From a bacterium (GTDB taxonomy: Bacteria > Zhuqueibacterota > Zhuqueibacteria > Residuimicrobiales > Krinioviventaceae): a DNA stretch of 64,000 nt. Positions 60,727-64,000 of this stretch are shown here, piece after piece. The notes below the pieces were generated by a model that saw only the letters and a list, made by a program, of their open reading frames with translations, did no database searches and was not told the DNA's origin. The stretch's first letter is position 1. Each line of letters starts with the position of its first letter. A program made the translations under genes and the position numbers. The stretch covers positions 1-64,000 of the forward strand of contig CAXXFV010000013.1 of the NCBI GenBank assembly GCA_963674595.2, in the 5' to 3' direction.

Positions 60727-61875
60727 CTATTTTATTTCAAGAGAGCCTTCCATGCCCTCCACTTGCTCCAAATCGTCCTTGTCGATTTTATCCATATATT
60801 TTTTCAATGGACTGCCGTTATCAATCTGTTTGGCGACCCACAGAAAAGAATTGGCGTTTTCTTTACCCAAACTTTTATAAACCAGATAAGCCTGAACATA
60901 TCCCTCGCCAATGTCCTGCAAATCATTCGAACTCAGGCTACCGGGCCTGCCGTCCAGACCGGGAATTTGAATATCAGTTCCGGTAACCATTTCATCCGGA
61001 TTGCCGATATTCTCATTGTTCGCACGATAAATATTGGGCCACAAGTTGCCCGCAGCGTAATACTCTTCCGACAACAGCCACAAACTCTGTCCGGGGGCAA
61101 TGCTATGCTGTGCAGCAGGAATTCCCTTGCTGGCAGCCGGCGCTTTTTTGACAACAGGTGTGGCCGGCTGTTGTGGGGTCTCCCCGGCAGCCTGTTGTTC
61201 GGCAGCCTGCGGGGTGGTAACAGGTTCTTCCTCGGCAGCTTGTTGTTCATCAGCCTGCGGGGTGACAACAGGTTCTGACGCTGCAGCCGGTTCCTGCTGA
61301 CCGGCAGTTTGCGGGGGCGTAAGGGATTCATCCTGAGCGATATTTGATCCGGAAGACGGCCACAAAAAATAGATGAGCAGCACAACAATTAAAAGTAAAG
61401 CCAAAATCCACAGCCAGCCAAGGTTACGCTTTTTTTCTTTGGGAGCAGCCTGAAACGCCGGTTCTGTTTCCGCTTTAAAAATTGGGGCAGGTTCGGGTGC
61501 AGGGGCTGTATCAGGTTCTGTTTCTTTTACCGGTTCAACCGGGGCTGCCGGTTTTTCTTTAAGGAGTGTTGCCTTTAGGTGCGCATATTTGCGGTTTATA
61601 AATGTTCGCAAATCCAGCTCAGGTTTATAATGCACGGCGCTATGGGCGGCAACGACTATCTCTTCACCGGTCTGCGGATTACGTCCGTTTCGGGCCTCGT
61701 GCCATTTTAAATGAAAACGCCCCAATCCTTTATAAATCATCAATCCATCTCTGTCCAGTCCTTCTTTAGCCAGTTGGGCAGATTCAAGCAAAAGGTCGTG
61801 AACCAGTTGCCTGGAAGCGCCTGTTTCCGCTGCAACTTTATCAACCAGTTCGGTGAAATTAAGTTTATTTTCCAT
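60727..61875 (-). CDS. HU-family DNA-binding domain, Pro/Ala linker, single TM, LysM-like domain fusion
   Basis: GLGRF...ARNGRNPQTGEEI; TM WLWILALLLIVVLLIYFLW; HSIAPGQSLWLLSEEYY...WPNIYRAN...NPD.M..G..IQIP. Confidence 0.88.
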   Translation of the reverse strand: MENKLNFTELVDKVAAETGASRQLVHDLLLESAQLAKEGLDRDGLMIYKGLGRFHLKWHEARNGRNPQTGEEIVVAAHSAVHYKPELDLRTFINRKYAHLKATLLKEKPAAPVEPVKETEPDTAPAPEPAPIFKAETEPAFQAAPKEKKRNLGWLWILALLLIVVLLIYFLWPSSGSNIAQDESLTPPQTAGQQEPAAASEPVVTPQADEQQAAEEEPVTTPQAAEQQAAGETPQQPATPVVKKAPAASKGIPAAQHSIAPGQSLWLLSEEYYAAGNLWPNIYRANNENIGNPDEMVTGTDIQIPGLDGRPGSLSSNDLQDIGEGYVQAYLVYKSLGKENANSFLWVAKQIDNGSPLKKYMDKIDKDDLEQVEGMEGSLEIK

Positions 61876-61876
61876 G

Positions 61877-62161
61877 TTATAACCTCCTGTTCTTCAAGGC
61901 TTCCTTGAGGGAGGCGCTTGCACGGAACTTGACAACCCGTTTTAGCGGCAGCAGCATAAAACATTTTTGCTGTGGATTATAGGATTTGCGTTTTTTCTTC
62001 AAAACCACTCTGAATAAACCCAGTCCCGGAATTGTAATAATCATATCTTTATCAAGATATTCCATTATAATCCGGGCGCTGCTTTCCAAAATGTGTTTTA
62101 TTTCAGTCTGTGGTATTCCAAGTCGTGTGGATAGACTCTTTTGCAGCTCAGAATTGGTCAT
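61877..62161 (-). CDS. HU/IHF family DNA-binding protein (divergent)
   Basis: MTNSEL...IPGLGLF...KRKSYNP...VVKFRAS.SLKE. Confidence 0.85.
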   Translation of the reverse strand: MTNSELQKSLSTRLGIPQTEIKHILESSARIIMEYLDKDMIITIPGLGLFRVVLKKKRKSYNPQQKCFMLLPLKRVVKFRASASLKEALKNRRL

Positions 62162-62275
62162 TACAGCCTCCTTGTATTTTTGGTCGTCCCTCCTGTATCA
62201 AATAGTCCTTAATTATGGTTACATTTTTCAACGCACACCGGCCGGAACCGCTGAGCAATCAAGAATTTCATCAAT

Positions 62276-62827
62276 CTACCATTTTGGAGCCGATGAAAGC
62301 GAAAACCAGGATTCCTTATATTTATAAAGTTTTTCCATTGTAACAGGATGTTTTTTTGCCTGTCTTTTAACGAAATATAAATAATTCTCTTCTTTATCTA
62401 TGATGATTGAATCACCATATGCAATTCCATATTCTTCCAGAATTGGTCTTCCTGTATTTACAGGGTAAAATATTTCGGTAGTAAGAACGCTGTCATTATC
62501 AAGTTTATAATAACCAATTAAACCACCATCTGTATAATTTAAATCCTCATTTGTTAATGAATCACTAAATAGATCACTACGGTAAACTCGTCCATTTCCC
62601 CAAAATCTATAAAAATAAAATTGAGTAGTATCAGTACCATATAATTTAGACATGTAGACAGCATTTGTATCAATATATGTCGTCGTAGATAACTGGAATG
62701 GATAATTTATAAGTTCAAATTCCGGTTTAATTGGTCGATAACCGCCACCCGGCGTTTGATAAGCAATAGGTGAACATGATATAAATAATAATGCTATAAA
62801 TACTAATTTTAAAAATAGTGATTTCAT
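62276..62827 (-). CDS. Hypothetical lipoprotein; distant paralog of 7302-7994
   Basis: FISC lipobox; RFWGNG, GYYKLDNDSV, GIAYGDSIII. Confidence 0.75.
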   Translation of the reverse strand: MKSLFLKLVFIALLFISCSPIAYQTPGGGYRPIKPEFELINYPFQLSTTTYIDTNAVYMSKLYGTDTTQFYFYRFWGNGRVYRSDLFSDSLTNEDLNYTDGGLIGYYKLDNDSVLTTEIFYPVNTGRPILEEYGIAYGDSIIIDKEENYLYFVKRQAKKHPVTMEKLYKYKESWFSLSSAPKW

Positions 62828-62959
62828 CTTTATTCGACCTGGTTATAATTTAACGGCGCCATCCATTATATATTTTAAATGGTAATCATAGCGGTACTCC
62901 CGAACCGGCACCATATTAATATAAACAAACCACACCCCATCCAATAATAATGACCGTGA

Positions 62960-63147
62960 AATAACAGGAATGTGATTTTGTGAGCAACGCAATCTCTTCC
63001 TCGTGTAAGTATTTGAATTTCGTATTTATATAAAGGTAGTAAATCAGCCGATAACTTGAATAGTTCCCGTGCGCGACCAAATCGTCCTAAAAAGTCGTTC
63101 GTTATGACTGACAAGATAATAATACAAATTAAATAAAAACAAGGCAA
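62960..63147 (-). promoter_or_regulatory. Conserved promoter plus structured leader element, copy G
   Basis: TTGCCT (63142-63147)-N17-TATTAT; GTCAG.CATAAC...TTTGGTCGCGCACGGGA...GTTATCGGCTGAT-TTAC; GAGGAAGAGATT..AATCACATTCCTG. Confidence 0.75.
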
Positions 63148-63169
63148 GTGGTTTTTAAAAAAAGTTGAA

Positions 63170-63590
63170 AATAGTGCGGGGATTTAAAATTTTAAATCCT
63201 TACATGGATTACTTTACAGAACACTGACTTGATAGAGACGTACGGCCGTGCGTCTACAACTATGCTGCGGAACCAATGAATTCGGGATTATATCCCCAAT
63301 CCAAAAGTGATTCCCTTCGAGTCTGCCCAGGGTGACACGACTCGCCTTCATCTCTCATAAAGCTCACCAAGAAGCAGAACTGTGATCATCCAGGGGTTCC
63401 TGGCCCTTGTATATAAAACATACCTTATTTATAGTCGATGCTCGCCCCGCAACTCTTTTCCGGGGCGTTAAATAAACCAGGGCATCTGCCCGGCCCCGTT
63501 CTCAAATAACGGGCCCATATAAATCATTACACCTCGGTTTATCGGGGTAAATACCCCGCCTGATGTGCGCCTTGAGAAATTTCCAAGGCG
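63170..63590. repeat. Intergenic REP-like palindrome mosaic
   Basis: AGACGTACGGCCGTGCGTCT, GGAACCAATG..GGGATTATATCCCC, GCCCCG..CGGGGCG, CAGGGCATCTGCCC, GGGGTAAATACCCC. Confidence 0.85.
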
Positions 63591-63615
63591 TCCAAGTAAA
63601 CAAAACAAAGCGTCA

Positions 63616-63999
63616 TTATTCCGCTATTTCCAACTTGTAATAAGATTCGTTAACATATGGATTTGGATCATAGCCCGGGTCCTGGCTTACCTTATAATCT
63701 CCCGAACCGTTTGTCCAGACACTTTGAATGGTGTTATCAAATTCCAGTAAATCATTTTTATAGGTATCAGCATACGCATTTACACTAAAATTGTATTCGT
63801 GATAATTTTGAAACACTTGATCCTGTATGTTACTGCGATACCAATAACCATCGTTGACAATATCTGCGGTTTCGGCCAGTGTTCTTTGAAATTGACTCTG
63901 GGATGAAGCAATGGACACCTGCCTTTGCGAATTAGCCGCCATAATAGCCTGTTGGTTATACCATGCAGCAAATCGAGCATAGGCCTCTTTCCACGCGTT
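63616..63999 (-). CDS. C-terminal part of a hypothetical protein (begins beyond the right edge)
   Basis: Frame is open from the window edge: NAWKEAYARF...SVWTNGSGDY...DPGYDPN. Confidence 0.7.
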   Translation of the reverse strand, partial: NAWKEAYARFAAWYNQQAIMAANSQRQVSIASSQSQFQRTLAETADIVNDGYWYRSNIQDQVFQNYHEYNFSVNAYADTYKNDLLEFDNTIQSVWTNGSGDYKVSQDPGYDPNPYVNESYYKLEIAE

Positions 64000-64000
64000 A

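Overview
AT-rich bacterial window, probably from an FCB-group lineage such as KSB1 or Calditrichota. This is inferred from six proteins carrying the YPNPFN-type secretion/FlgD-Ig domain and from a FISUMP-domain protein. It is an accessory-type region with about 45 mostly minus-strand genes. These include secreted and lipoprotein hypotheticals, a GT4 glycosyltransferase/SPFH/radical-SAM/LuxR/GGDEF block, an orphan REC-kinase/cheW/MCP operon, pirin, Lnt, phosphoketolase, HtpX, dodecin, a multi-PAS kinase, TauE/rhodanese, and HU plus an HU-TM-LysM fusion. I saw no rRNA, tRNA, CRISPR array, transposase, integrase or reverse transcriptase. The most striking features are non-coding. (1) Seven co-oriented copies of a sigma70 promoter (mostly TTGCCT-N17-TATAAT-like) lie upstream of unrelated genes, and six are followed by a leader whose stems show compensatory changes. 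(2) Several genes begin at integron-cassette-like GTTA boundaries, including an attI-like site shared by two loci and one attC-like hairpin. (3) More than 20 intergenic mosaics are built from about a dozen REP-like palindromic modules with a recurring order and, for the asymmetric modules, a single polarity. All annotations were made by eye, without database searches.
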